DNA of 64,000 bases from Octopus bimaculoides (Eukaryota). This document shows, in pieces, positions 38,401 to 52,226 of this stretch; position 1 is the first letter of the stretch; each line of letters begins with the position of its first letter. Made by a program: the position numbers and the translations under genes. Under the pieces are notes generated by a model that saw only the letters and a list, made by a program, of their open reading frames with translations, ran no database searches and had not been told where the DNA came from. The stretch is taken from NCBI RefSeq assembly GCF_001194135.2, contig NC_069000.1:22269397-22333396 (forward strand), in the 5' to 3' direction.

Positions 38401-40619
38401 TGACATCACCACCACCACATTGGGAGGAGAAGGATGCTGAGTATTAGAAACTGCACTACAGAAAGTTAGCCTGCAGATTTATTGTGCAGATGTTTAGGCC
38501 GTGGCACATCAACTCCCTAAACATACACATAAATACACGCGGAGGCAAAGACACACACACAGAAGCGCATACACACATGCAAGCATTTATACACTGACAC
38601 ATGCATGCATGCAGATGAAGCAGACCAGGCCTAAAACTATGGTAACCAATGAAGATATTGGTTCCTTTTAAAGCATATATCAAATGAGGAAAGATTAAAA
38701 TGTACGGCCAGTCTCTATCGAGATAAATAATGTATTTAAATTGCCAATTAACTAACAGAAAACTGACATTTGTAAAGAACAAAAATAATATATTTGAAAT
38801 ATACAATATATATATATATATATATGTAAATGCACAAACACACATATATCTCATATAGAAGATGAAATACACACACGTGTATGTATTGACATACACACAT
38901 ACATATCATAATATAACCATATAATACAAAATCAAACTTTGTTTTAACCATTCAATTAATAATGATTGATGTTGCTATCTAGTTCAGGGCTTTGTTGTTT
39001 TCCTGTTTTATCTGCCTTTCCTTTTTTTTTTTTTTTTGGTTGGTTTTTGTTGTCTGCTTTTCCCTCTCCACCACAAATTTATTTGTTTGTTTGTTTATTT
39101 GTTCTCTTTCAAAAATTTTGTAATTCATTTATTTATTTTATTCTATTTTATTTTACTTTCTTCATATTTAGAGGTATTTAATTTATTTTTTTGTTCTTTC
39201 AATTTAACTCTAATCATTGGATTCTTTTAAATCAAGAATGGTCTGAAAGCCTAATTATTGAAATTGAATAATAATAATAATAATATCCTGAGAGATAGAG
39301 AGGAGGGAGAACGAAAGAAAGTTGTACTAAAGGGATGAGAATTGGAAACATTCACAGAATGTAGTGGAAGGGAGAGAGAGAGAGAGAGAGNNNNNNNNNN
39401 NNNNNNNNNNNNNNNNNNNNNNNNNNNNNNNNNNNNNNNNNNNNNNNNNNNNNNNNNNNNNNNNNNNNNNNNNNNNNNNNNNNNNNNNNNNNNNNNNNNN
39501 NNNNNNNNNNNNNNNNNNNNNNNNNNNNNNNNNNNNNNNNNNNNNNNNNNNNNNNNNNNNNNNNNNNNNNNNNNNNNNNNNNNNNNNNNNNNNNNNNNNN
39601 NNNNNNNNNNNNNNNNNNNNNNNNNNNNNNNNNNNNNNNNNNNNNNNNNNNNNNNNNNNNNNNNNNNNNNNNNNNNNNNNNNNNNNNNNNNNNNNNNNNN
39701 NNNNNNNNNNNNNNNNNNNNNNNNNNNNNNNNNNNNNNNNNNNNNNNNNNNNNNNNNNNNNNNNNNNNNNNNNNNNNNNNNNNNNNNNNNNNNNNNNNNN
39801 NNNNNNNNNNNNNNNNNNNNNNNNNNNAGGAGAGCAAGGCAAATAGAGAAAAAAATACTTCAAAGTGTTTTTTTTTTTTATTTCATATTTGTTTTATGGT
39901 TTTATGTTGCTGACTGAAAACTTGAGGGTTATATAAGATTTAAGAACAACGAGTATCAAAGCATTCATTGCTAATTAAATTTTGACCACTTTTAAGTAAT
40001 TATCATCATCAACACATAATATACAACATATATGTAAGTGTGAATGAGAGAGAGAGAGGGAGAGAGAGAGGGAGAGAGGGAGAGAGGGAGAGAGAGAGAG
40101 AGAATGTGTACGTGAGTGAGAGTGTGTGTGTGTGTGTATGCATGCGTGTGTGTGAGTAATATACAGACATCATTTGGTTCTTTAATTGGTCTCAGTTGAT
40201 GCACTGTGGCCATGTTGAAACTCTGGGGGTCAATGTAAGCAACTAGTCTCCTCCCTGCAAATTTCAGGCCTTGTGTCTTTAGTAGAAAGAATTATTATTA
40301 TAATTATTATTTTGCAATCTCTATATGTCAAACTGCTAAGTTGTGGGACTCAGAGGGACACAACACACAAACTTATACCAACTTCACTCACTACGCATTA
40401 GTTGGCCGAGGGTTATAGCTGAAGAAACTTGTCCAAGGTGTCACAGAGTAGCACTGAACCTGAAACCACATGGCTGAAAAGTAAACTTCTTAAATGCAAC
40501 TCACATGTATAATCCTACCTGATATGCAATACGCTGGAATCAGACCTAAAACCACATGTTTGTGAATTGTACTTCTTAATTACATTATCCTAAATATTTA
40601 TCTACCTATCATCCCCATC

Positions 40620-40930
40620 ATTTTAATGTCCACTTTTCCATGTTTGTATGAATCAGATAGAATCTGCTGAAGTGGATTTTCTGTGGTCAGATGTTTTTTT
40701 CTATCACCAACCATTACCTGTTTCCAAATAAGGTAATATTTGTCCATGACCAGACTTGTTTTTACAGAAGATTGGAAACAAAGGGCTCCACTTGCATGAA
40801 AGTGTCACTTGTTTACAACTATCAGGTGATGTTAAGACATGTAACACACACTCGCACATACATACACAAATGCACACACACACACACGAGGGACCTTTTT
40901 TCAATATCTGCCTACCAAATCCACTCACAA
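40620..40930 (-). mobile_element. SINE S1-b, partial
   Basis: tttaatgtccacttttccatg tail (reverse complement) through ctaccaaatccactcaca. Confidence 0.7.
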
Positions 40931-41362
40931 ATTCAATACTTTACTACAAACTAGAATCAATCTTCCTCTCCCTCTCAGCTGGTCAAATGTTAAAATGAAA
41001 ATGAACAGGTTGTTATCTGCCGTCTGATGCCCAGAACACAGAACAGCAACAGGATACCAAGAAACCAGTAATTTATCAACTTCACCACCAAGATTTTTTC
41101 CAACAAGAAATAATACCGGTATTAACAAGACCATTGATTGTATTCACTAAAGAATAAGCACGAGATGTCTAGAGAGAACAAATCCTGAAAATCCAGAAAT
41201 CAGATCTAAAACAAGTCCCTTGACTTAACAGAACATAGTCTGAAACAGATACAGGAACCTCTTCATTACTGTTGTTGCATTAGAGAGTGAGATGAGGAGA
41301 AGCTAGTGGAGAACAGGAGCAAATGTGGAAAGAGAGGCAGACAGAGTAAGAAAGACTTGCTT

Positions 41363-41396
<34 letters not shown>

Positions 41397-41707
41397 AAGA
41401 AAATATCAAACATATATAAATTCTGTCTGACCCATGCAAGCATGGAAAAGGAGATGTTAAAACAAAATGTGTGTGTGTGTGTGTAAGTAGGGGTGAGGGG
41501 AGAGACAAACAGAGACAGAAAACAGTAAACTCTAAGGACACAAAAGTTTGCAGCAAAAAGAGAGAGGGAAAGAGAGGTGGGGAGGGAAAGAGAAGTAGCA
41601 AAAGGAAATAAGCAGAAAGAGGAGGTTGGAGACAGAGAGGAACAGAGAACACAGAACATTTACAATAGTTTGACAAAGAAACAAGAATGAGTATGTGTGT
41701 GTCTGTG

Positions 41708-41748
<41 letters not shown>

Positions 41749-43191
41749 ATGTGTATGCATACAGACACATACTTGTTCATATACATTTAAGACTTCCACC
41801 CCCATTCCAATCCCCACTATACTCCAGAAGGTTGCAAAGTAATCCAGGAACATGATGGCAACAATATCAAAAGTTACCGGTTCCCAAGAGCCAGATATTC
41901 AAACCGATTACTTTTATGACTGGTTCTTCATTTCGGTTTGTTGATTCCGGAAGACAAAGCAAAGATGGCATGACCAGTAAGTAGAGAATAAACTTGCAAA
42001 ATATTCTTTACTTTTTTATATATTTATGCATTTATTTACTATTGCAATGTTTTTTTTTTTTNNNNNNNNNNNNNNNNNNNNNNNNNNNNNNNNNNNNNNN
42101 NNNNNNNNNNNNNNNNNNNNNNNNNNNNNNNNNNNNNNNNNNNNNNNNNNNNNNNNNNNNNNNNNNNNNNNNNNNNNNNNNNNNNNNNNNNNNNNNNNNN
42201 NNNNNNNNNNNNNNNNNNNNNNNNNNNNNNNNNNNNNNNNNNNNNNNNNNNNNNNNNNNNNNNNNNNNNNNNNNNNNNNNNNNNNNNNATTTTTTTTTTT
42301 TTTTTTTTTTCAATGTTTCCCCTGATGAAATATGACACACATCCACTTGAGCACATGTATACTAGTACACATTCACACACTGAAATTGTACCAACACAAT
42401 TCAACACACTCTCATACTGATAATAATTTGTACACCTTCATATACAACAGACATCAACATATACTACTGAACACAAGCAAACCTATACACACACACATAC
42501 ACACACACCTAGAAATACAACATTGGACACACAAATTTCAAAAGAGGCTATATTCCATTTTGTATTCAAATATAAGTAAACAACACAATTAAATAGATCA
42601 AAAGACAAATACACAAACATACACACGTATATATACATATATGGGGGATTTTACAGTACAAATGGGACATATAGAACTCAATACATAAAGTAGAGTGCTT
42701 ATACTATTTTATTATAGGTTGGAAGCTACATCAGTGACTCAAGAGTCATGCAAGAAAAGTTTGTTCACATGAACTGCTTGGCCCTTGGGTTAGCAATAAT
42801 ACATGTGTGTGTGTGTGTGTGTGTGTATCAATGTTTTAATGTCAACTTTTCCATGCTTGCATGGGTTGTACGAAATTTGTGTATATCTATAAACTATTAA
42901 AAGTGAAGTTCAATCTTGCTTGCTTGCAATGTTACACAGCCAAACTGGCACATAAAAGGAAAATACTTTGAAAGTAACGTGCCCCTGAAATGTGAATACA
43001 AACAGAATAAAAAAAGTTTTGTGTAAATCAGACCAGTAGTTAGAGATATTTGGTGTTTTGGGGATATAAATACCAAAATCAGTGCATAATGGGAAAATAC
43101 TCCGAAAATAACTTCATCCTGAAAAGGAAGAAACTCTTAACTTTTCCATTAGATGCATTATGATAGGCCAAATATTTTTAAGTGAAAATCA

Positions 43192-43308
43192 AAGATTTGG
43201 CTGCTATTTTTGGCATGCCCTGCCACCATGTAACAGCTATTTGCAAGAAAGGACCCCAAATACCAGTTACATGGTAGCAGCACATGCAAGAAATAGCAGC
43301 CAAATCTT
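43192..43308. repeat. 117-nt imperfect inverted repeat
   Basis: aagatttggctgctattt...ccatgtaac / gttacatgg...aaatagcagccaaatctt, plus inner tatttg/caaata. Confidence 0.85.
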
Positions 43309-43464
43309 CCCTTTCCTGAGGAAAGGAACCGTTTACGTGTGATTTCGATGTCACATTTGTTGAAAGCATGCAAAACAAAACATAGAAAAAAAACTCGTGA
43401 AACAAAATCCCATTGCTGGGAAACTCAGACTTCCCCAGTGACAAAACGGGTCACGGGTAGTCTG

Positions 43465-43511
<47 letters not shown>

Positions 43512-43692
43512 TAAAAAATTAATGAGTACATGTGTTAAATATCTTCAGGATTAAATAAAAAGACAACAAATGGAAAATGACATACCTATATACATAATTC
43601 TAAAAAATGTGTAGTAAATAAACAAACGAACATATACTAAATGCACAACGAACAGAAAACACGGAAAAAAAAAGGTGTTGAGTTCTGTGGTC

Positions 43693-43734
<42 letters not shown>

Positions 43735-43744
43735 CGTTCAATGT

Positions 43745-44330
43745 CTACTTTCCATCTTTCCATGCTGACATGGGTTAGATGGTTTGGCAGGAGCTGATAT
43801 GGATGGGGTCTGCATCAGACTCCATTATCTGTTCTGGCATAGTTTCTATGGCTAGATACCCTTCCTAATGCTAACCACTTTACAGAGAGTACTGGGTTCT
43901 TTTTATGTGGTACAAACACCAGTGTTTTTAACATGGCATCAACACAAACACTTTTTATGTGGCACCAGCATTGGTATTAATTCTGCTGTGGTGGATGGGT
44001 CTTCTTGAGTACAACAAGGCACCTTTGTCATCTTCTTCTTAAGGATCAGTGTCTTGAAATTGGCCTTCAATACTTTGTCTCACATCTTCCTGGGTCTCCT
44101 ACCAAAAGTTCCATCCACTTTAAGTGATTCACACTTCAGTATGCAACTGCCTACAACCATACACATCATATGACCAAACCAGTGCAGTATTCTCTCTTGC
44201 ACACTGCATCAAATTCCTCTTGTACCCAGCTTTTCTCTCAATACACCAATGCTCTGGCGCACATCTACACCGACACTGCACATCCAACAGAGCATACTAG
44301 CATCATTCCTCTCTAGCCTTTGCAACCCAA
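43745..44330 (-). mobile_element. RTE LINE 3' fragment (ORF end plus UTR), decayed
   Basis: Minus reading LERNDASMLCWMC...LREKLGTRGI*CSVQERILHWFGHM...GRRPRK. Confidence 0.8.
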
Positions 44331-45279
44331 TTCACTTTGTTTTGTGTATGCAAATTTCAATGATCAGGTTAACAAAAAACCATTTAAGATTACTTTATCC
44401 TCTTTAAGATGGCACAACATAATTTGAAGGAAATTTCATGAAGGCTTCAGTGTTAGCGTATAATAATGTGGTTCAACCCCAGGTCAGCACTGACTGTACA
44501 AACCTAAAATCAAAGATGACCCAGTTATATTCAACCAGTCTCTTTTATTCAGTCTTGATATATTTGCAATTACATAATCCAATGTGTTCTTCAGTGTTTT
44601 ATGAAGGTAAAGTATCACATGAGGAAAATTATGCTGCCATTTCCAGCAGGTTGAATGACCAACATGGAAGTTTCCTTGGCTCATTTATTAGAATATTGTT
44701 AGCCTGCCAACACAACATGATGTAATAAATAAATAAATTAGCATTATTGCACAATAATACTGATGACTGATGCTGAGAGAGCTTTAAAATTTTACAAAAT
44801 GCAATTCATTTTAAAATCGAGATTAATGAAGCTAGCTGGGTAATCTTGAAGTATGCTACAATGAATATCTAACTTCAAAACAATTATTGTGAATACTTTG
44901 GATTTATGCAGCTGTGGTTAAATGTCACCTTAACATACATTCTTTAGAGAAGCTCTGAGCGTCAGTACATTTCTATAATACTGGCAATATAGCCACAAAA
45001 TACTGACCTCATTAAAACATATACATACATACATGAATGTATTTACTTAAGAGGAGGACAATGGCAGAGAAACTAGCCAAAGAGTGGAGATAATATCTAT
45101 ATTTAGTGAAGTATACACACACATATGTGTATAAACATATGCACAGGTGTGGCTGTGTGGCAAGAAGTTTGCTTTTCAACCACATGGTTCTGGGTTCAGT
45201 CCTACTGTGCAGCATCTTGGGCAGGTGTCTTCTATCAGGTTGACCAAAGCCTTGTGAGTGGATTTTGATTCCAAGTGTA

Positions 45280-46067
45280 TTGGACCATCTGAAACAAATC
45301 AGCAAGGTAAAGAAGTTGGACAAGTGGGTACCACATGAACTGAACAAGCATCAAACGACGCGTCTTGAAGCTTGCTGTTCTTTGCTGTCACGGCATAAAA
45401 GCGAACCATTTTTGCATCATATTGTTATGTGTGATGAAAAATGAATTCTTTTCTACAATAGCAAGTATTCTGAATAGTGGTTGGATAGAGACAAAGCGCC
45501 AAAACACAATCCAAAAAAGAATATTCACCGAATAAAGCTAATGGTGTCTGTTTGGTGGTCCAGCACTGGTGTCATCCACTACAGCTTCATGAGACCTGGT
45601 AAGTTAATTAGAGCAGATGTTCACATCAATCAATTGGATGAAATGATGAGTGAACTTGCAATTAAACAACCGGGATTGGTCAATAGAGACAGGCCAATTC
45701 TCTTGCAAGACAATACCTGACCACATGTTGCACAAAGAACGCTACTCAAGTTACAGGAACTGAACTTGAAAGTACTCTGTCATCCACCATATTCACCAGA
45801 CCTCGGACCAACTGACTACCACGTTTTCCAGGCATTAGACAACATGTTGCAAAGAAAAAACACCAAGTCTGAAGATGCAAAAACAGCCTTCTGTGATTTC
45901 ATCACCTCTAAAGAATTCTTCGCTGCTGTCATAAATAAGCTACCAATAAAATGGCAAAATTGTGTTGATATTTAGGTACATACTCTGATTAACTACATTG
46001 CTTTTTGTTGAGATAAAGTAAAATAAACTTTCAGCTCCAAATTGGACATTTCATTCTTAATGACCTG

Positions 46068-46069
<2 letters not shown>
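45280..46069 (+). mobile_element. 5'-truncated mariner (DD34D) transposon, pseudogenised
   Basis: KWVPHEL, IVMCDEK*, LLQDNT*PH, HPPYSPDLGPTDYH; 34 residues between the second and third D by hand count; right TIR ggacatttcattcttaatgacctgat-TA; in-frame stops. An S1 head lies just upstream (~45143-45265). Confidence 0.9.
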
Positions 46070-46104
<35 letters not shown>

Positions 46105-47302
46105 TTAGTCCTTCTGTTGGCAGTCATTAAAGTTGTTGATCCAATCCAGTAAGCTATCAATCTTATACAAATGCACACACATGCATTGAACAGAAACAGA
46201 GGCAAATAAACACAAGGAAACGGTGCAAAAGCACGCACATATTCAGAGTTATAGTAAAAGATGCCTCTGCAAGATGCCACAAGGTGGGAATGAACCCAGG
46301 ACCTGACAGTTGTGAGGCAAACTTCTTAATCATTGGGTCATACACATATATTTATACATAAATATACACATGCATTGATTTAGGTGCAAATATAAACTGA
46401 AACACACACACACATACATACATATATGTATATGTACTTGTATGTATGTAGACACACCTATATTTGTCTACATGTGTATATACAAACACACAGCTACACC
46501 TGTGCTAGAAGTTAGAATGAAGTGCAATATGAGAATATATGGCTATAACTAGCTTCATGAAATATTAAATTTCTAAAATGATTTAAGAATAACAACAGTT
46601 TCAAATGACAGGACAAAGTATTCTGACAGAAATGGATAAACTGTGTATGTGTGTGTGAGTGAATAAGAACTACATGATAGAAAACAATGTATTATTAAGA
46701 GAAGGATAAATTATACACACTACTGTGTGTGTATGTGCTATAGAAGAAAGAGAATGTTTATGTATGATACATAATATGCTTGTAAGAAGAAGAATACTTC
46801 TAAATGATAGAACAAGGTGATCAGACAACTATAAACTATACTAGTGTGTGTTTGTAAGACTATGGTGCAATAAAATGTGGTAACACCTGTAGAAGAACTG
46901 TTCCATGATTTATATAATCTTTGCTAATGTCTTCTAATTTAACATAAAGGGATTTGACTACTGTCTGTTTTTATTGCTTTGTGTGTATATGTGCCTCTAT
47001 ATGAGTATGCCTGTACCCTGTTTAACCCTCAACAGACAGTTGTATGACTGGTTATGTCTGTGTTTTTCATATCTGGAGAGTCCATGAATGCGTGTGTGTG
47101 TGTGCGTGTGTGTGTTTGTACATTAACACTCTGTGGAAACTGTGTGTGCATGCAGATAATGAACAGGGCTTTAATTTCTGTTTTACAAATCATAAAAGAG
47201 AGATGCATCTCTCCACTGGATAGGATGTGAAGCTATTTCAAGCTAACATTGCCAGATAGTTTGGTATCTGTTTCTCAAGACAGCTAAGTGAACTCAAAAT
47301 AA

Positions 47303-48478
47303 GTGGTGTAGCACCACCATAGTCAACTGCTACAAAGGTAAAGGTGATACATTAGATAGGAATAATTACAGAGGTATCAAGTAGTTAGATCAGGTAATGA
47401 AAGTCACAGAGAGAGTCATAGCCCAACTAATTAGGGAGAGAGTCAGTCTAAATGAGATGCAGTTTGGATTTGTGTCAGGGAAAAGCACCACAGATGCTAT
47501 ATTTCTGGTAAGACAGCTGCAGGAGAAATACCTAGCCAAAGATAAACCTCTGTACCTGGCTTTCGTTGACATGGAGAAAGCCTTTGACAGGGTTCCCCAA
47601 TCCCTTATCTGGTGGTCGATGAGGAAACTAGGGATAGATGAATGGTTACTGAGAGCTGTACAAGCCATGTACAGGGATGCTGTCAGTAAGGTGAGGGTTG
47701 GCAATGAGTACAGTGAAGAATTCCAGGTAGGGATAGGGGTCCACCACGAATCAGTCCTCAGCTCCCTCTTATTCATCTTAGTCCTCCAGGCAATAACAGA
47801 AGAATTCAAGACAGGTTGCCCCTGGGAGCTCCTCTATGCTGACGACCTTGCTCTTATAGCTGAGTCTGTATCAGAACTAGAGGAGAAGTTTCAGGTGTGG
47901 AAGCAAGGACTGGAATCAAAGGACCTTAGAGTCAATCTGGCAAAAACCAGAATCTTAATAAGTAGGAAGGCAGACAAACCACAAATCCCTTCAGGTAGAT
48001 GGCCCTGCTCAATCTGTAGAAAAGGTGTAGGTAGAAACTCCATAAGATGTACCGGTGTAAGCTATTGACACAGGAGGTGCAGCAATATCAAAGGAAGGCT
48101 AACTGGGAAGATAGCTTTTGTATGTGGGAAATGCTCAGGGGCAATAAACACTGAAAATGTGCAGAAAACAGCTTCCATCACATTCCAGGGAGAAACACTA
48201 CAAGTAGTTGATAGCTTCCATTACCTAGGTGACCATATTCAGGGACCTTGAGTGGGATGAGCTACTCAACCTGAAGAAAATCCTAACTGGGCCCCACCTG
48301 CAAGGTCATGTGCTGTTTATCTTGATATGAGATCACAATGTCGCGTGCATATGGTTGTGATGCAAGTGCCTAGTGTACCCTTATCAGATGGGTATACTGG
48401 GCTTCATAGATTTTACCTCAGTGTCACTTTGATGGCATGCACTGCTTTCTCATTCAATAATAATAATAATAATAATAA
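47303..48478 (+). mobile_element. RTE LINE reverse-transcriptase fragment with PHD-like finger, joined to a 3' UTR with (TAA)n tail
   Basis: NCYKGKGD...NYRGIK, QFGFVSGKSTTDAIF, AFVDMEKAFDRVP, LLYADDL (47835-47846), VNLAKT, then CSIC...C...RRC...CGKC and HYLGD. Confidence 0.92.
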
Positions 48479-48789
48479 TCAGGAAGATTCTAAGCACTTG
48501 AAAGACAGCTGAAAACTTGTGGATACCTAACGTCACAGACAGTAACCAACTACCGACAAAAATTCTACCAGGAATAAATTCTGCCTGAGCCAAACCGAGG
48601 GATGTGAGTTCGATCCTCATGGCTGACTGCCAACAAATTTTTCTGCTATTAAAAAGAAAAAAGGATTTTATCCTTTATATCTATACTGTTCAGTATCTAT
48701 GCATTGAATAAAATTTATCTTTCTACTTGTTCTACCATACATTTCAGCGCTTCGAAAAAACAAACTTGTTTGTTTACATTCGGTGTAAA

Positions 48790-49230
48790 ATAATAATAAT
48801 CTTTTCTATTAAAGGCACAACAAGGCCTGAGACTTTGAGGAAGGAGGTAAGTTGATTCCCAGCCCCTTTCACTGGTACTTAACTTATCGACCCTGAAAGG
48901 GGTGAAAGGTGAAGTTGGCCTCAGTGGAAATTGAACTCAGAACTTAAAGACAATTGAAATGTCGCAAAGTATCTTGCCTAGCATGCTACTGATTTGCGAT
49001 CTTACTGATAATAATAATCCTTTCTACTATAGGCACAAGGCCTGAAATTTGGGGGAGGGGATAGTTGTTTGCATTGACCCCAGTACTCAACTGGTACTTA
49101 TTTCATTGACCCCACAAAAGGATGAAAGACAAAGTTGACCTCGGAGGAATTTGAACCCAGAATGTAGTGGTAGACGAAATACGGCTAAGCATTTTGCCTG
49201 GCGTGCTAATAATTCAGTCAGCTTACCACC
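48790..49230 (-). mobile_element. Two tandem S2 SINEs with (TAA)n junctions
   Basis: Each shows aataataatc..ttcta...aggcac...actggtactta...ga(t/g)gaaag...caaagttgacctc...ttgaac(t/c)cagaa. Confidence 0.8.
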
Positions 49231-49959
49231 TTAATAATAATGATAATAATATAATAGATCAACTTAACAAGAAACAAACAAATAATATAAAAAGGAATTA
49301 TTTAAAGGTTTCCTTCTCTTGTAATTTCTTATTTAAACAGTTCAATATTTTAAAAAGTCATATTCTTCAAAACTCACTAAGAATTCAAATTGTATTGACT
49401 TTTATTTAAAGTTAATTTCAAATTTTTTTCTTTTTCTTTTACAGAGAAAGAGATGCTGAAGAAAAAGTGGGTGATGATGGATAGGGTGGTGTAAATAAAC
49501 TTACAAAAACTGAACTCAAATCACAAGATCAAAGAGATATGTTTTTTTTTCTTTCTTTTATTTTGTTTAAAAGTTGGGTGTTGAAGATAACGATGATGAT
49601 GATGATAATGAGATAAAGTGACTTTAGAAATTAACAAAAATTAGCAAGATATGAAGTGAAAGAAAGTCGTTAAGTTAAGAAACATGTTTAAGGCCTGTGT
49701 TCCTTAAAGAAGGAAAAGAATGAGAAAATAATGGTATATGGCAGAAGAGATAATGAGAATATTCTCAGAGGTTACTAAGCTCAGCAAAACTTTGACATGT
49801 GAAATGATGTGGGGAGGAGAGGATTAATAACTAAAACTAAGATAGGGTCAGTTGTAGGGCCTGAGGGTTCATATAAGATTTTAGGGGTTCACACTAGCAA
49901 AATTTGTTTTTTCAGTGAAATAAAATTATGTTCATTAAAAATGGACACTTTACATTTCA

Positions 49960-50500
49960 AATTATTGGAGCATTGCTATGTGGGAAAAGGTTCTCATTGA
50001 AGATGAAAGGAAGGGTATATAGGAGTTGTGTGAGAGCAGCAATGCTGTATGGGAGTAAGACATGGTGCTTGAGGGAGAGAGAAATGGCAATTTTGAGAAG
50101 GACCGAGAGAGAGAGAGCAATGATGAGAGAAATGTGTGGAGTGAAGCTGTTTGATAAGAGTAGGACTGAGGACTTGATGGGGATGCTGGGGTTGGAGGAA
50201 TCAGTGGAATGGCTGGCAAGGGTGAAAGGAGTGTGGTGGTATGGGCATGTGTTGAGGAGGGATGAGAAGCATGTTCTGAGGAGGGTGCTTGAATTTGAGG
50301 TAAATGGACTGAGAAAGTGAGGTAGACTAACGAAAATGTGGAAGGGACAGGTGGAGGAGGAGATTGGGAGGGTTGGCTTGAGATGAGAGGATGCCCAAAA
50401 CAGGGCAAGATGGTGTGAGGGCAGTTGTTATGGCATTGAAGTAGATCCGGCCACCCCTGTTAACGGAGACAAAACCTGGATTTAAAACACTGGATGACAT
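49960..50500 (+). mobile_element. RTE LINE 3' end, a different subfamily
   Basis: LKMKGRVYRSCVRAAMLYGSKTW...WYGHVLRRD...; ends gatccggccacccctgttaacggagacaaaacctggatttaaaacactggatga. Confidence 0.85.
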
Positions 50501-50583
50501 GACATGTACACATATCCCTGTAAATCTGTCTCTCACTTAGACATTGTAGTTATAATCACTTTTCACACCTGTTAGTTAGTTAG

Positions 50584-50615
<32 letters not shown>

Positions 50616-50724
50616 CCTCCCTTTTAAGCACTGTAAACATAGTCTCTCATTACTTTTACTGGTCTCTCTATCTCTCATTTAGAGACAATAAACAATCCAT
50701 CCACACATTGGTTTGTCGGTTTGT

Positions 50725-50885
50725 CTGTCTGTCTGTCTCTCTGTCTGACTCTCTCTCTCTTTGACTGTCTGTTTGTCTGTCTGACTCTCTCTCTCTTTGA
50801 TTGCCTGTCTGTCTGTCTGACTCTCTCTTTGACTGTCTGTCTGACTCTCTCTTTGACTGTCTGTCTGACTCTCTCTCTCTCTCTC
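50725..50885. repeat. Compound (CTGT)n/(CT)n minisatellite
   Basis: About five units of ttgactgtctgtctgactctctct. Confidence 0.8.
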
Positions 50886-51037
50886 TTTTCAAGATACAGC
50901 AAACATAACCCTTCCTCACACTTGTTAGTCTCTCATTCTCTCTAGTCTTTCCTGAAATTTATTAGGTCTCTCCTTTCTGATAAAACAACTAACATAGTCT
51001 CCCCTCACACTTGTTAAGCTCTCTCTCTCAGATATTA

Positions 51038-51096
<59 letters not shown>

Positions 51097-51106
51097 NNNN
51101 NNNNNN

Positions 51107-51159
<53 letters not shown>

Positions 51160-51604
51160 CAAAATGTCTGATTGATTTATTTTTTTCTTATTGGCTGCAA
51201 TATTTGTCAGTTAAACGGAGAAGAGTAGCAGAAAAAGGTGTGTACAGTTCTTGGTAGTCAGGAAGTGTGCAGAGTCTAAAGTGGAATGTGATTGACTTTT
51301 TATTAGAAGAGGAAGGCACTGAGATGGCAGCAGCAGATAAAATTAAACAAAGACATTTGTCCAAGACAAACAAAACTGGCTAAGTGTTTTTTCATCAACA
51401 TCACTACCACACTTTTTGAAACACACACATACACATATATACAGTTGCCACCTAAGCATTGCACATACACACACACACGCATGCATGCATACACACACAC
51501 TGGTGGTCATATTTCTCATTGTATAAAAATTCCAAAGAAATCGGTGCTAAAGTAGAAACTGGATTGCCTGATAAGTTAGACAGATGTATGTGTGTGTGTG
51601 TGTA

Positions 51605-51653
<49 letters not shown>

Positions 51654-51772
51654 ATATGTATATATGTGTGTGTGTGTGTGTATACACATACACATTTCTA
51701 CTGACATTGATTAACTACCAAGGTATCTAAGTTTCATGAACCACTTCAAAGAGTACAGAAGCAAATACTGGA

Positions 51773-51817
<45 letters not shown>

Positions 51818-52226
51818 GGACTAAGCAAGAGTGCCTGAGAATAAATGCCTTTATGTGCATGAATGAGAGGAGGAGGCAAAGAGTGTAATAAATATCAATA
51901 TGGGTATGACTCTGTACATATATTTCAAAGATTTTTATGAAAATGTAAACTGCAGCAAGAATCTTGCAATGCATATGAGATAGAGAGAGAGAATAGTGCC
52001 TGATTATCACTGACAGCCTCCGTGTTTGTGTGTGTACGCAAGCGCACATGTGTGTGTGTGTGTGCACGCGTGCATCTGAGTGTGTATGTATGCACACACA
52101 TGTGTGCATGCTAATTCTTCCACAACCTCGATGGCCCACATGTCTGTACCTCAATCCAGTTTCTGAAGCAAGAGGCCAATGGTAAAATAAAGTTGCAGTC
52201 CAGCATATTAGAAACTAATGAAACAG

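Noticed and set aside
45280-45990. Domesticated SETMAR-like transposase gene
   Set aside because: Several in-frame stops, 5' truncation, retained TIR and no SET domain.
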